64,000 nt of DNA from NCBI RefSeq assembly GCF_036507355.1, contig NZ_AP027877.1; one strand, 5' to 3'. Both the position numbers and the translations under genes were made by a program. This stretch comes from Escherichia coli. GTDB lineage: Bacteria; Pseudomonadota; Gammaproteobacteria; Enterobacterales; Enterobacteriaceae. This document shows, piece after piece, positions 1 to 10,800 of this stretch. Under the pieces are notes generated by a model. The model worked only from the letters and a program-made list of their open reading frames with translations. It did no database searches and had not been told where the DNA came from. Position 1 is the first letter of the stretch, and each line of letters opens with the position of its first letter.

Positions 1-228
1 GTTCGATTTTTCTGACACGCCCTATACCGAAGAACAGATTGAATCCTTCAGAAACTGGCCCTCCCTGGGCCGAGGCAACCATCGTAAATCCGCGTTCAAT
101 GTTGCGTATTTCTTTGTGGAAAAACGCAGCCCGCTGACACCCAGGAAAATCACCAGAAATATCCGCATCCGTTAACGGTAGCGCGCATAACGGATAATGA
201 AAACGTCAATGAAAGGAGATCACCGAAG

Positions 229-747
229 ATGAGGAAAACCGCTGCCATGTTGCTTCTGGCATTTTCAGGTTGTGCCGGGGCAAAAACACTCCCCGCAGAA
301 AATTTGCAGGGGCTGTATGAGGCTTATGCCACCCTGAATACCTGCCACCAGTATGGTTACACTGGCGATGAGGCCTTAACTGCACTGGACAAACTTATCC
401 GCAGCAATCGCTATCAGGATAATAGCGGCAACATCATGACATTAATGAAGGACAATATTAACTATTACCATTCCCTTCAGGACCGCTTTATTCTTGAGCA
501 GCAATTCAAAAGCGAAGGAATAAACCAGAGCGGTATCCGGCTCCAGATAAAAACCCTCTGCGACCAGATGAACGCCGCTGTTGGTGGGAAGTTGGGTGTG
601 AAAACCCGTGTTATTTCACCGGATGACCTTCCCACCAGCGCAAAACCTGTTTTTGACAAACCGGTCACTAACAGTGCCCCGGCAATTCCGGAAGACCGAC
701 CGATGACATGGGACAACAGTCCGGTCCAGGGTATTCCGGTTCAGTGA
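229..747 (+). CDS. Hypothetical lipoprotein/secreted protein (172 aa)
   Basis: ORF with N-terminal hydrophobic signal and lipobox-like LAFSGC; no recognised catalytic motif. Confidence 0.4.
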   Translation: MRKTAAMLLLAFSGCAGAKTLPAENLQGLYEAYATLNTCHQYGYTGDEALTALDKLIRSNRYQDNSGNIMTLMKDNINYYHSLQDRFILEQQFKSEGINQSGIRLQIKTLCDQMNAAVGGKLGVKTRVISPDDLPTSAKPVFDKPVTNSAPAIPEDRPMTWDNSPVQGIPVQ

Positions 748-758
748 GGGGTAACACC

Positions 759-1073
759 ATGAAGAAGCATATTATTACCGCACTGCTCATCACAACAGTA
801 TCCGCTCCGGCGCTGGCAGCGTACCCGGTAAGCCAGCCTGCTCAGGCCGCAGAAGTGATGGTCAGTATATGCCAGCAGCAGCGTTCGGGTATGGACAAGA
901 ACCAGGCCATCCGTAAAGTCTATGGCACCGTAAGCGACTGGCCCATAGCTTCAACAACTGAAGTTGCTGCTGCGATGGATGAAGGATGGAATTTTGCTGT
1001 ACAAAATCCAGAGATAAGTTGCGACAGAATTTATCTCATGATGATTGACATGCTGGATGGGAAAAAGGATTGA
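759..1073 (+). CDS. Hypothetical small secreted protein (about 104 aa)
   Basis: ATG at 759 preceded by GAGGGG RBS; signal-peptide-like N-terminus (MKKHIITALLITTVSAPALAA). The track ORF from 708 overlaps the upstream gene, so the inner start is preferred. Confidence 0.4.
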   Translation: MKKHIITALLITTVSAPALAAYPVSQPAQAAEVMVSICQQQRSGMDKNQAIRKVYGTVSDWPIASTTEVAAAMDEGWNFAVQNPEISCDRIYLMMIDMLDGKKD

Positions 1074-1379
1074 GAAACCAAGCTTAACTTAAGTTGGCAA
1101 AACTAATCTGCATCAATTAAAATTTTACATAGCAATGTGCCCTCCAGCAGGGCACAATTATTATAAACCGTCTGCTATGAGCTGTGAGTTCAATGGGTCG
1201 ATGCAACGCTATTCTTAAATGAGAAGGACATTGACCGACTACGGTCAATAAAACAGTTTGAAGCAAAATCAGATTGCCTCAGCCCCTATCGTTCAGCATG
1301 ATTTTCCTGGAGAAAAGCGGTTTTGTGGCGGACCTGAACGGGCCGCCAGGTAAAACTCTGCTGCGAGAAAGAGGCCACA

Positions 1380-2146
1380 TCAGGCGGTGTGGTTGCTATC
1401 ATCTTGCATGAGATGGTTGGCTCGAAAGACCATCATCCCTTTTTGTCGAATAGCGTCAATCCACAAATCTGCCATCCACGAGTTGATGCCATAATGCTGG
1501 ATACAACATTCACGTATCAGCCGGTGTTCGTTCGCAATGGTAGTTGGCATCAAGGCGCTGTCATCCGTATTTAAACACACCGCCAGCGGCCCGCTGCGCA
1601 GGCCGTATTGGTTAAATTTTCCGCCGGTCGCCAACCATTCTGGATTAGGTGGATTCCAGCGAAAAAGCGGGTGTTCGTGATATTTCTCAAACCGACCAAT
1701 ATAAATATTTGAGGTTGGGCAGGCTTCAAACACTAAACCAAGACGGCTGTATTTTTCGGTTAGGTAATCCTGAATGGCTTCATACAGCTTAAGCTCCCCC
1801 TGAGAAATGAAATCCTCATCTTCAGACAGGGGCGACAAATAGCTATCAGTATCGTTAGGACAACAGTTAATGCAAATAATCCGGTTGGCGGGCTCCTTTT
1901 CATGCAAACCGCTGTTGAGATAGCGTTGCCATAAACGATAAGCAGTGACATTTTTCACTGACGGCGTATGATCTTCTTGCAACGCATCCCAGTCAGGGGC
2001 CCATTCCAGCCTATTCGCGCTGACGGACTCCAAGTTAGCATAATCAGGCCAATTGCGGCGCAGCAGCCACGCCTGATAAAGTAAGTTAGGCGTATAGATA
2101 TCTTTAAATATCCGCTGCGACCAGTGATGAATTTTATCGCGCAATT
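1380..2146 (-). pseudogene. C-terminal fragment of an adenosine-deaminase-family (amidohydrolase) protein, truncated by IS1
   Basis: 254-aa ORF carries the C-terminal ADA-type motifs (ACPTSN and CLNTDD) but lacks the N-terminal metal-binding half. Its reading frame runs straight into the IS1 left end at 2147. Confidence 0.5.
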
Positions 2147-2201
2147 GGTGATGCTGCCAACTTACTGATTTAGTGTATGATGGTGTTTTTGAGGTGCTCC
2201 A

Positions 2202-2477
2202 GTGGCTTCTGTTTCTATCAGCTGTCCCTCCTGTTCAGCTACTGACGGGGTGGTGCGTAACGGCAAAAGCACCGCCGGACATCAGCGCTATCTCTGCTCT
2301 CACTGCCGTAAAACATGGCAACTGCAGTTCACTTACACCGCTTCTCAACCCGGTACGCACCAGAAAATCATTGATATGGCCATGAATGGCGTTGGATGCC
2401 GGGCAACTGCCCGCATTATGGGCGTTGGCCTCAACACGGTTTTACGTCACTTAAAAAACTCAGGCCGCAGTCGGTAA
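2202..2477 (+). CDS. insA: IS1 InsA (transposition repressor)
   Basis: 91-aa [46 protein letters not shown]... recognised as IS1 InsA with zinc-finger CxxC pairs. Confidence 0.9.
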   Translation: MASVSISCPSCSATDGVVRNGKSTAGHQRYLCSHCRKTWQLQFTYTASQPGTHQKIIDMAMNGVGCRATARIMGVGLNTVLRHLKNSGRSR

Positions 2478-2899
2478 CCTCGCGCATACAACCGGGCAGT
2501 GATGTGATTGTCTGCGCTGAAATGGACGAACAGTGGGGCTACGTCGGTGCTAAATCACGTCAGCGCTGGCTGTTTTACGCGTATGACAGGATACGGAGGA
2601 CAGTTGTGGCGCACGTTTTCGGTGAACGCACTCTGGCCACACTGGAGCGTCTTCTGAGCCTGCTGTCGGCCTTTGAGGTCGTGGTATGGATGACGGATGG
2701 CTGGCCGCTGTATGAATCACGCCTGAAGGGAAAGCTGCACGTTATCAGCAAGCGTTACACTCAGCGCATTGAGCGACATAATCTGAATCTGAGACAACAT
2801 CTGGCAAGGCTGGGACGGAAGTCACTGTCGTTCTCAAAATCGGTGGAGCTGCATGACAAGGTCATCGGGCATTATCTGAACATAAAACACTATCAGTAA
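2396..2899 (+). CDS. insB: IS1 InsB (transposase catalytic part, normally made as an InsAB' frameshift fusion)
   Basis: 167-aa ORF inside IS1 overlapping insA in another frame; sequence recognised as IS1 InsB. Confidence 0.85.
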   Translation: MPGNCPHYGRWPQHGFTSLKKLRPQSVTSRIQPGSDVIVCAEMDEQWGYVGAKSRQRWLFYAYDRIRRTVVAHVFGERTLATLERLLSLLSAFEVVVWMTDGWPLYESRLKGKLHVISKRYTQRIERHNLNLRQHLARLGRKSLSFSKSVELHDKVIGHYLNIKHYQ

Positions 2900-3069
2900 G
2901 TTGGAGTCACTACCGTAGAAGTTAAATCAGGAAAATCGAAAAAAATGAAACGTTCGGCATTGTCGTCGAGTTCCGCTTAATGACGTATCCATCCCGTTTT
3001 CCCCTTCACGTTTTCATGTTTGATAGAGGGCAAAATTGAGCCCTCTCAATCAAGATAATGAGTGAAAAC

Positions 3070-6000
3070 CTATACCGTCCAGCTGTTCGACACCACTTCA
3101 GCCTGCTTCAGTATCAGTTCAACTGCATAAGGTGTTTTATCTGGCGGATACTTGTACTTACGCAGCGTCTGACGCACCAGAATACGTAACCGCGCACGCA
3201 CGCTTTCTCGCACCTGCCAGTCTACGGTTGTGGACTGGCGCAATTTTAACGTGACTTCGATAGCCAGTTTCTTAAGGACGTCATCACCCAGCTCCCGTAC
3301 CGCACTTTCGTTTTCTGCCAGCGCATCGTAGAACGCGATTTCGTCCGGGTTTAGCCCCAGCGCTTCATCACGCGCCATCGCTTCCTGAAACTCTTTTGCC
3401 ATCTGGATCAGTTCTTCAATCACCTGCGCAGTTTCAATGGCGCGGTTATTGTATTTGAGAAGCACGGCTTTCAGGCGATCTGAGTATTTCTTCTCCTGCA
3501 CCACGTTGTTTTTGGTGCGGGCATGAATGCCGTCGTTCAGCAGTTTCTCCAGCAACTCGACTGCCAGATTACGCTGCGGCAATTCGCGCACTTCTTCCAG
3601 AAACTCGTCTGACAACAATCCAATATTCGGCTTATCCAGACCCGCCAGCGCAAACACATCATCCACGCCCGTCGCAATAATGGCGTTATCGAGGATTTTA
3701 CCGAGTAGCGTATTTTTCTCTGACTGACTGAATTTTTTGTCGGTTGTCGTCAGCTTGATAATCGCCACTTTCACCGCCGACAAAAACGCGATCTCTTTTT
3801 GCAAGGGTTTAGCTTCATCTAACGTACTGCACAGCGACCAGGCTTTGTTCATCGCCAGCACGACATCGAAAAAGCGCTTCTTACCGTCATCAAGGCCCAG
3901 CACATAATCTGCGGCTTTGAGTAAAAACCGTTGGGGCACCTCTGCAAAACCGGTGTAATCAAACCCGGCGGCGGTTGGTGTTTTGGCAAACATTCCATGA
4001 ATCACATCCAGCTTTTCAAGCAGGATGGAGAACGCTTCATGAGCATCGACTGTCGTCTGTCCTTTACCTTTTGAATCGGTATAAGTTTTCAGCGCCTGTT
4101 TCAGTTCATTGGCGATACCGATGTAATCCACCACTAAACCGCCCGGTTTATCTTTGAAGACGCGGTTGACGCGCGCAATGGCCTGCATCAGATTATGCCC
4201 GCGCATCGGTTTGTCGATATACATGGTATGACAACATGGCGCATCAAACCCGGTAAGCCACATATCGCGCACAATCACCAGTTTCAACGGGTCGTTGAGA
4301 TCTTTAAAGCGCGCTTCAAGGCGTTTTTTGGTTTGCTTATTGTAGATGTGCGGCTGAAGGAATTTATTATCGGAGGCTGAGCCGGTCATGATGATTTTGA
4401 TTTCACCTTTCTCGACGTCATCACTGTGCCATTCCGGGCGTAGAGCCACCAGCGCATCATACAGCTTCACGCAGATCTCACGGCTCATGGCAACAATCAT
4501 TGCTTTGCCATTCATTGTGGCGTTACGTGCCTCAAAATGCTGAACCAGATCGGCGGCCACCTCATTGATACGAGGTTCAGAACCAACCAGTTTTTCCAGA
4601 CGGCTCCAGTCACTTTTGGTTTTCTCTTTCTGATCGGTCTCTTCATCTTCGACCAGCTCATCCACCTGATTAGACAGCGTTTCCAGCTCTTCGTGGTTGA
4701 GGTCGAGTTTTGCCAGGCGCGATTCATAGTAGATAGGCACGGTTGCGCCATCTTCCACCGCATCCTGTATATCGTAGATAGAGACGTAATCACCAAACAC
4801 CGCGCGGGTGTCTTTATCTTCGGAAGAAACCGGTGTTCCGGTAAAGCCCATAAACGACGCATTGGGTAACGCATCGCGCATATGTTTGGCGTAACCGTAT
4901 TTATAAGCGCCAGTCTCCCGGTTCAGCGTGGCGCTAAGACCATACTGGCTGCGGTGCGCTTCATCGGAAATGACGACGATATTGCTGCGCAGGTTTAGCG
5001 CCGGGTGAGTCTGTTCGCCATCAAGCGGGGCAAATTTTTGTACGGTGGTAAAAATAATCCCGCCTGATTCACGGACATTGAGCATCTCGCGGAGCTGGTC
5101 GCGATCGTTTGCCTGTAACGGTTCCTGCTTAAGCAAATCCTGTGCCTGGCAGAAGGTGGCATACAGTTGGCCGTCGAGATCGTTACGGTCGGTCACCACC
5201 ACGATGGTCGGGTTGTTCATTTCCGCTTGTTGTAGCAGTTTTCCGGCGTAACAACACATCGAGATACTCTTACCGGAACCCTGCGTATGCCACACCACAC
5301 CGGCTTTTTTACTGCCTGGCGTGATGTTGCTGCGCAGCGGCAAGTGTTTACCGGTAGAGGCCACAATCGTCGCCGTCACCGCTTCACGTACTGCGTGGAA
5401 TTGGTGGTAAGCGGCAATCTTTTTAATCAGTCGTTTGCCGTCGCTTTCAAACAGGATGAAGTAACGAATGTAGTCGAGCAGCAGTTCGCGGTTAAAGAAC
5501 CCTTTTACTACCGTTTCAAGCTGCCATTCAAACAGCGGTTTGTCGTCTTCATTAGACAGCGTTTTCCACGGCAAGAAGCGCTCTTCGTTCGCGGTGAGAG
5601 AGCCAATACGGGCGTTGTAGCCATCGCTGACCACCAGCGCTTCGTTGCAGATGAACAGATCGCTGAGTTCGTTTTTATAGGTCTGCAACTGATTAAATGC
5701 CGCCCAGATATCGGCATTAGCATCAATCGGGCTTTTCAGCTCAATCACTACTACTGGCAATCCGTTGATATAGCAGATAACGTCCGGGCGACGTACCTGC
5801 TTCGTTCCCTGGATGGCCACCTGATTCACCACCGTAAAGTGGTTATTATTTGGGTGGTTAAAATCCATCAGTAGCGCTTTGTCGTGGATAACTTTGTCAT
5901 CCTGCTTGTACTGCACCGGCACGCCGTCGAGCAGCAGGTGATGGAAGGCTTTGTTACTGACGACCAGATCCGGGCTTTGCGCATGGGCGATACGCAGTAT

Positions 6001-6204
6001 CACCTCATCCAGCACGGCAACCGGGAGATGTGGGTTAATCTTTTGCAACTGCTCCAGTAGCACCGGGCGCAAAAACACATCGTGGAACGACGCACGCAGC
6101 GGATTGTTGCCATCTGGCGCAATATCCGGCCCGTGCAATACTTCCCAGCCCAGTTCAGCAAACCATTGCAGGCTTTGCTGTTCTAAATCGTCTTCGCTCA
6201 GCAT
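3070..6204 (-). CDS. hsdR: Type I restriction enzyme R subunit HsdR (1044 aa)
   Basis: Walker A ([11 protein letters not shown]), DEAH box ([11 protein letters not shown]) and overall helicase/translocase architecture. Last gene of the hsdM-hsdS-X-hsdR operon; its start overlaps the stop of the upstream gene. Confidence 0.85.
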   Translation of the reverse strand: MLSEDDLEQQSLQWFAELGWEVLHGPDIAPDGNNPLRASFHDVFLRPVLLEQLQKINPHLPVAVLDEVILRIAHAQSPDLVVSNKAFHHLLLDGVPVQYKQDDKVIHDKALLMDFNHPNNNHFTVVNQVAIQGTKQVRRPDVICYINGLPVVVIELKSPIDANADIWAAFNQLQTYKNELSDLFICNEALVVSDGYNARIGSLTANEERFLPWKTLSNEDDKPLFEWQLETVVKGFFNRELLLDYIRYFILFESDGKRLIKKIAAYHQFHAVREAVTATIVASTGKHLPLRSNITPGSKKAGVVWHTQGSGKSISMCCYAGKLLQQAEMNNPTIVVVTDRNDLDGQLYATFCQAQDLLKQEPLQANDRDQLREMLNVRESGGIIFTTVQKFAPLDGEQTHPALNLRSNIVVISDEAHRSQYGLSATLNRETGAYKYGYAKHMRDALPNASFMGFTGTPVSSEDKDTRAVFGDYVSIYDIQDAVEDGATVPIYYESRLAKLDLNHEELETLSNQVDELVEDEETDQKEKTKSDWSRLEKLVGSEPRINEVAADLVQHFEARNATMNGKAMIVAMSREICVKLYDALVALRPEWHSDDVEKGEIKIIMTGSASDNKFLQPHIYNKQTKKRLEARFKDLNDPLKLVIVRDMWLTGFDAPCCHTMYIDKPMRGHNLMQAIARVNRVFKDKPGGLVVDYIGIANELKQALKTYTDSKGKGQTTVDAHEAFSILLEKLDVIHGMFAKTPTAAGFDYTGFAEVPQRFLLKAADYVLGLDDGKKRFFDVVLAMNKAWSLCSTLDEAKPLQKEIAFLSAVKVAIIKLTTTDKKFSQSEKNTLLGKILDNAIIATGVDDVFALAGLDKPNIGLLSDEFLEEVRELPQRNLAVELLEKLLNDGIHARTKNNVVQEKKYSDRLKAVLLKYNNRAIETAQVIEELIQMAKEFQEAMARDEALGLNPDEIAFYDALAENESAVRELGDDVLKKLAIEVTLKLRQSTTVDWQVRESVRARLRILVRQTLRKYKYPPDKTPYAVELILKQAEVVSNSWTV

Positions 6205-7391
6205 CAGGTTTCCTCTGTCTCGGTTTCTTCCATTTCTTCGGGCACGTTTGAAATCTCTTTGAGCGCCATATTCAGTGGGGCAATAAAGGGATCTAACGCT
6301 TTTTCAAATGCCGTCAGGTTTACCAGTAGCCAGTCGATCATTTCAGGCCAGTTGGCTTCATCAAGGCTGATGGCCGGGCTGGCATAGGAAATTCGACACG
6401 ATTTTTTACCCGGCAGAGGTTCCCACTTAAGCGCATGGCCAAACGCGTTTTCAATTGCCTCTTTGCGTTCATGTAGCCAGTTAAAAGCAAAGGTATTGCT
6501 CTCTGCGGAAGCTTTGGCAATCCACAGCTCAACCCGAATCTCTTTTTTACTGAAAATCAGGTTATACGACACCGCGCTAATACCAGAGCCCGCACTGATC
6601 CAGTGATCGGTAGAGGGGCTGATATTGTTATATAAGTGGCAGGAGCTGGCTTTGAGGCGCTCCAGCATCTTTGTCCAGAAAGCTTTACGCATTAATTGGA
6701 CTGGCTTTACTCCGCCGCTGACGGATTGTTCTTCCGCCTCTTTTTGCGCCATACCGATCATGTAAGATTCTGCTTCCGGTGTGGGGATAACCTGACGGAT
6801 ATCAACGAATACATCGTCGTTGAACTTATAGGGTTTAACCTTAAAGCACTGTACCCGCAGACCAAATTGCATGAGCCACAGGGCAGTGTTGGTCACCTCT
6901 TTGCGAAAGTTGGCTGCGACCATGATGATTCGCTGTGTACGGCTCTGGTTGATTAAGGCTTCATCCAGCGTTTCATATTCGAGGAATTCAGCAAGCACCT
7001 CTGCCGCCGGGCGATTTTCCTCTGGGTCGTATTTATCCAGATAAAGCTGGAAGATCTGCAGAATTTGCTCTTTACGCAGGTTGGCGCAATACCCGGCATA
7101 TTTGAGCGCTTGCCAGACGACGTCGCGACCTGAATCATCGAGCTTATTCTCGATGATCACCAGATTGCCTTTTTTATCGATAGCCAGCAGGTCAAGGCGC
7201 TCTTTGGTGTCGTCAAAACCGGCGAACTCTTTCTGTATAATCAGTAGTTCATCGTCATTATCGCGAGTTAACGCTTGGGGATTCTGCGCCAGCCATTCCT
7301 GCAGATTGCCACGTTCGGTAAAACCAAGACTACTGAAAGAGACTTCCTGTAGGGAGTGTAAGCTGTTAGTCGGCGTATCAACTTTATACAT
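6204..7391 (-). CDS. PD-(D/E)xK (NucS/DUF91-like) nuclease-domain protein embedded between hsdS and hsdR (about 395 aa)
   Basis: Motif [21 protein letters not shown] resembles a restriction-endonuclease-fold D...ExK core. No Walker A, so not PrrC. Start and stop overlap hsdS and hsdR (translational coupling). Confidence 0.5.
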   Translation of the reverse strand: MYKVDTPTNSLHSLQEVSFSSLGFTERGNLQEWLAQNPQALTRDNDDELLIIQKEFAGFDDTKERLDLLAIDKKGNLVIIENKLDDSGRDVVWQALKYAGYCANLRKEQILQIFQLYLDKYDPEENRPAAEVLAEFLEYETLDEALINQSRTQRIIMVAANFRKEVTNTALWLMQFGLRVQCFKVKPYKFNDDVFVDIRQVIPTPEAESYMIGMAQKEAEEQSVSGGVKPVQLMRKAFWTKMLERLKASSCHLYNNISPSTDHWISAGSGISAVSYNLIFSKKEIRVELWIAKASAESNTFAFNWLHERKEAIENAFGHALKWEPLPGKKSCRISYASPAISLDEANWPEMIDWLLVNLTAFEKALDPFIAPLNMALKEISNVPEEMEETETEET

Positions 7392-8769
7392 TTTCCACCT
7401 CACTGACTGCCTGTTCTGCTTCCTGCAGGGTAATTTCACCCGAGAGAAGTTTGGGGAGAAGGGTGTCGCGGAGTTGGGTTAGTGATTCAGTTTGTACACT
7501 GAGCGATTTAATCTCATTAAATAAATGTGTACATTTGGCATGAAATAACTCCAATACTTTAGCATCAGGCTGAGCGATTTTAATTCCTGAGAAAGTAGAC
7601 GTATTGACATTTAAAGTTGCACTACCTGCGCTACCTAAAATGTGAAGATGATCTTTCAATCCCAACATACAAAAATAAAGATAATAGAGTAAGGAACTCT
7701 TATGAGGTGTAACAGAATTTATTTGCTGATTGGTATGAGATGGTTCATTGGTGATAGAAACAACACCAATAGTAGCTATACAACTAACACAGATAGAATT
7801 TGCGGGTACAAGTTTTTTTAGTTGCGACTTTGAACCGGCTTCGCTTAAATATTCATTAGTTTTAAGCACAAAAAGTTGCCCATGCATATCTGGTATCTTT
7901 ATGAATGGAACATCACTACCGTAATACTCTGGTTCTTTTTTTGACGGAGTTTTGCCACAAGTAACCTTCCCCATCTCACTAATTGACGCCACCCCCCATC
8001 CTTTAGGAATCGCCCCTAACTCACTGTCCTGCATCGCTGCCGGAAACAGTTCTGCCGTGGCTTTTAACTCGGCATATTGCTCAGGGTGTTCACGCTCAAA
8101 AACCGCCAGCGCATCCGCATCTTTCCCAGAAATGGCGGTCATGGCGGCAAGTGTTGCGTCTGCCTGCGAACCGCCCGCATCCAGTACTGCCATTTTGGCT
8201 TTTACGGGGTCAAAATCAACAAACCAACTTTTGAACAGGGCTTGTGCCATTTGTTCGAGGGTTTGGTTGATGCGATTATTACTATCAATTTTTTTACTTA
8301 ACGTAAAAATTAGCTTTGTACATCTTTTTTGATATTTTAAAGAAGGAATCTTTATTTTGTAGCTCAGCATGGCCCCTTTATCACCTCGAGGCATTTTTGC
8401 GCCCTTGGATGTAAGATGGCTATAATTAATAAAATCATCACTGCTTAAAATCAAATGTAAATATTCACTTGTGAGTTTTTCATGTGTAGTCCTAAATACT
8501 AGCACATCAGGAGAAACACCTCCGTAAAATGTGGCAAACCATACTTTTTTAAAGTACGTTCGAATATTAGAAAATAAAGTATCACCTATTTCAAAAGAAT
8601 TAAATTTGTTGACATCAGGGATGCCTGATGAAATAGTTACACCCTGACGGTCAGGCAACATATTTTCCGTGGAAATATAATTAGTAACATCTATAATAGA
8701 TGCATCACATTTTTTTGTGACTATCTCTACAAAGTTACCTAACTCAGTTTCGATGAACTCAAAACTCAT
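7384..8769 (-). CDS. hsdS: Type I R-M specificity subunit HsdS (about 461 aa)
   Basis: Sits between hsdM and hsdR with size and position typical of HsdS; start overlaps the hsdM stop. The track ORF start at 8826 is rejected in favour of the ATG at 8769. Confidence 0.7.
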   Translation of the reverse strand: MSFEFIETELGNFVEIVTKKCDASIIDVTNYISTENMLPDRQGVTISSGIPDVNKFNSFEIGDTLFSNIRTYFKKVWFATFYGGVSPDVLVFRTTHEKLTSEYLHLILSSDDFINYSHLTSKGAKMPRGDKGAMLSYKIKIPSLKYQKRCTKLIFTLSKKIDSNNRINQTLEQMAQALFKSWFVDFDPVKAKMAVLDAGGSQADATLAAMTAISGKDADALAVFEREHPEQYAELKATAELFPAAMQDSELGAIPKGWGVASISEMGKVTCGKTPSKKEPEYYGSDVPFIKIPDMHGQLFVLKTNEYLSEAGSKSQLKKLVPANSICVSCIATIGVVSITNEPSHTNQQINSVTPHKSSLLYYLYFCMLGLKDHLHILGSAGSATLNVNTSTFSGIKIAQPDAKVLELFHAKCTHLFNEIKSLSVQTESLTQLRDTLLPKLLSGEITLQEAEQAVSEVENV

Positions 8770-10468
8770 AACCCAGCCCCCCCAGATTCGCCTTAATCTG
8801 CGCTTCCAACTTCGCGCTCTCTTCAAGCTGATCTTTAAGCTGCGCCGTCAGGCGCGCCATCTTCTCGGCAAACGGTTCATCATCTTCAGCTTGCTCGGCG
8901 GCACCAACGTAGCGCCCAGGGGTCAGCACAAAGTCGTTTTTCTGGATATCCTCCAGCGTTGCTGAGAAGCAGAATCCGGCTTCGTCTTCGTAGTCTTTAT
9001 CCGTCTGCCAGGCGTGGAAGGTATCGGCAATTCTGGCGATATCTTCGCGGGTAAAGTCGCGCAACACGCGATCTTTCATATAACCAATCTGGCGCGCGTC
9101 GATAAACAGCACTTCACCTTTACGGTGCGCTTTGCCGTTGCCACCGGATTTATCTTTGGTCAGGAACCAGATACAGGCTGGGATTTGGGTGTTGGTAAAC
9201 AGTTGCCCTGGCAGCGCCACCATACATTCCACCAGATCCGCTTCAATCAGGTTGCGGCGGATCTCGCCTTCATTGTTAGTGTTGGAACTCATCGAACCGT
9301 TCGCCAGCAGCAGCGCCATCGAACCTTTTGGCGCGAGGTGGTGGATCATGTGCTGCATCCACGCAAAGTTGGCGTTGCCCTGCGGCGGTGTGCCGTATTT
9401 CCAGCGCACGTCGTTTTCCAGCTTCGCGTTCCACCACTCCTTCATGTTGAACGGCGGGTTTGCCATCACGAAGTCAGCGCGCAGATCCGGGTGCTGGTCG
9501 TCTAGCAGGGTGTCGGCGTTTTTGGCACCAAAGTTAAAGTCGATACCGCGGATCGCCATGTTCATCGCCGCCAGCTTCCAGGTGGTCGGATTCGACTCCT
9601 GGCCGTAAACGGAAATATTGCGCTTCTGCTCAGCGGCGTTGTAATTCTTTTCGCCCGCGTGCTCTTCAATGAAACGGTCGCTGGAAACGAAGAACCCGCC
9701 GGAACCCATTGCCGGGTCATACACCCGCCCGTTGTACGGTTGCAGCATTTCGACAATCAGGGTCACGATGCTTTTTGGCGTGTAGTACTGACCTCCCTGT
9801 TTACCTTCCGCCAGCGCGAATTGCCCCAGGAAATATTCGTAAACGTGGCCGAGAATATCTTTGCTCTTTAAGCTGAGTTTCTCGCCGTTATATTCCGGGT
9901 TGCTGAAGTTTGCGTCAGAGAAGGTATTAATCAGCCCGGTCAGCACCTCGTTACTCAGTTGATACTGGCTGATGCGATTCAGAATACCTTTCAGTTTCGG
10001 GTTGGTTTTTTCGATTTCATCCAGCGCGTTATCCACCAGCCAGGAGACAGAGCGCAGCGTCACATCCTTGCCGGTGGTTTCATCCACCCACAGCACGGTG
10101 CCGGTCGGCAACATGGCTTTGTTTTTCAGCGTGTCCCAGCGCGCGGCTTTTGGCACCCAGAAGATGTTCTTTTCGGTGTAGTAATCTTCAACTTCCAGCT
10201 CTTCCTGGATAGCCTGAGCGTATTCTTCGTCGGAACCGTAATCATCGCGCGACATGGCGTAGATGTTGTCGGGATTACCGACATCGCGGAACAGGGTCGT
10301 CAGCTCCTGCTGACGCGCCTCGAAGGCATCAGAAACATACTTCAGGAAGATTAGCCCCAGCACCACATGCTTGTAGTTGGCGGCATCCATATTGGCGCGC
10401 AGTTTGTCGGCGGCCTTCCAGAATTTGTTATCCAGCTCGTTCAGAAATAGCTGTTCAGCGTTGTTCAT
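8759..10468 (-). CDS. hsdM: Type I R-M DNA methyltransferase subunit HsdM (about 569 aa)
   Basis: N6-adenine methyltransferase catalytic motif NPPF (FVMANPPFNMKEW) and an AdoMet-binding region (VYDPAMGSGGFF); first gene of the operon. Confidence 0.85.
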   Translation of the reverse strand: MNNAEQLFLNELDNKFWKAADKLRANMDAANYKHVVLGLIFLKYVSDAFEARQQELTTLFRDVGNPDNIYAMSRDDYGSDEEYAQAIQEELEVEDYYTEKNIFWVPKAARWDTLKNKAMLPTGTVLWVDETTGKDVTLRSVSWLVDNALDEIEKTNPKLKGILNRISQYQLSNEVLTGLINTFSDANFSNPEYNGEKLSLKSKDILGHVYEYFLGQFALAEGKQGGQYYTPKSIVTLIVEMLQPYNGRVYDPAMGSGGFFVSSDRFIEEHAGEKNYNAAEQKRNISVYGQESNPTTWKLAAMNMAIRGIDFNFGAKNADTLLDDQHPDLRADFVMANPPFNMKEWWNAKLENDVRWKYGTPPQGNANFAWMQHMIHHLAPKGSMALLLANGSMSSNTNNEGEIRRNLIEADLVECMVALPGQLFTNTQIPACIWFLTKDKSGGNGKAHRKGEVLFIDARQIGYMKDRVLRDFTREDIARIADTFHAWQTDKDYEDEAGFCFSATLEDIQKNDFVLTPGRYVGAAEQAEDDEPFAEKMARLTAQLKDQLEESAKLEAQIKANLGGLGYEF

Positions 10469-10800
10469 GTAAATCCTCGGGGTAGATCGCAGCGAAAGAG
10501 CAACCATGCCTTATCGCAAATTCAGTTTTGGAATGCAGTTCGCAAAATGATACCCGGTACACTTACGATTACAAATGCGCGGTATAAAGAAGTTTGCATT
10601 TGATCGGTGAATAATAGGAAACTCAGTCACTGTTTCGTCTGCAAAATCAGCCATTTCGCCTTCATACGTAGTTCTTCGGTTGAATAGTAAGGTCTATCAT
10701 GCTGCATCGAACGGTGATTTTGATGGATGTTGGAAGTGAGTAGCTGTACGTAATTTTTGATTAAAAGTAATCAAAATGTTGCCAATGGTTATGCTATCGT

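Larger units (their letters stand above)
2147..2914 (+). mobile_element. IS1 insertion sequence (768 bp)
   Basis: Ends GGTGATGCTGCCAACTTACTGAT ... AAGTTGGAGTCACTACC match IS1 terminal inverted repeats; encodes InsA and InsB. Flanking 9-mers (CGCGCAATT vs GTAGAAGTT) are not a target-site duplication. Confidence 0.9.

Noticed and set aside
5287-5874. 195-aa ORF on the + strand
   Set aside because: Lies entirely antisense within hsdR, which has strong motif support; no independent evidence.
6204-7391. Possibility that the gene between hsdS and hsdR is the anticodon nuclease PrrC
   Set aside because: No Walker A/ABC-ATPase motif could be found; it has a PD-(D/E)xK-like motif instead, so it is called only as a nuclease-like protein.
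9014-9608. Two overlapping + strand ORFs (163 and 158 aa)
   Set aside because: Antisense to hsdM, which carries the NPPF catalytic motif; typical shadow ORFs.
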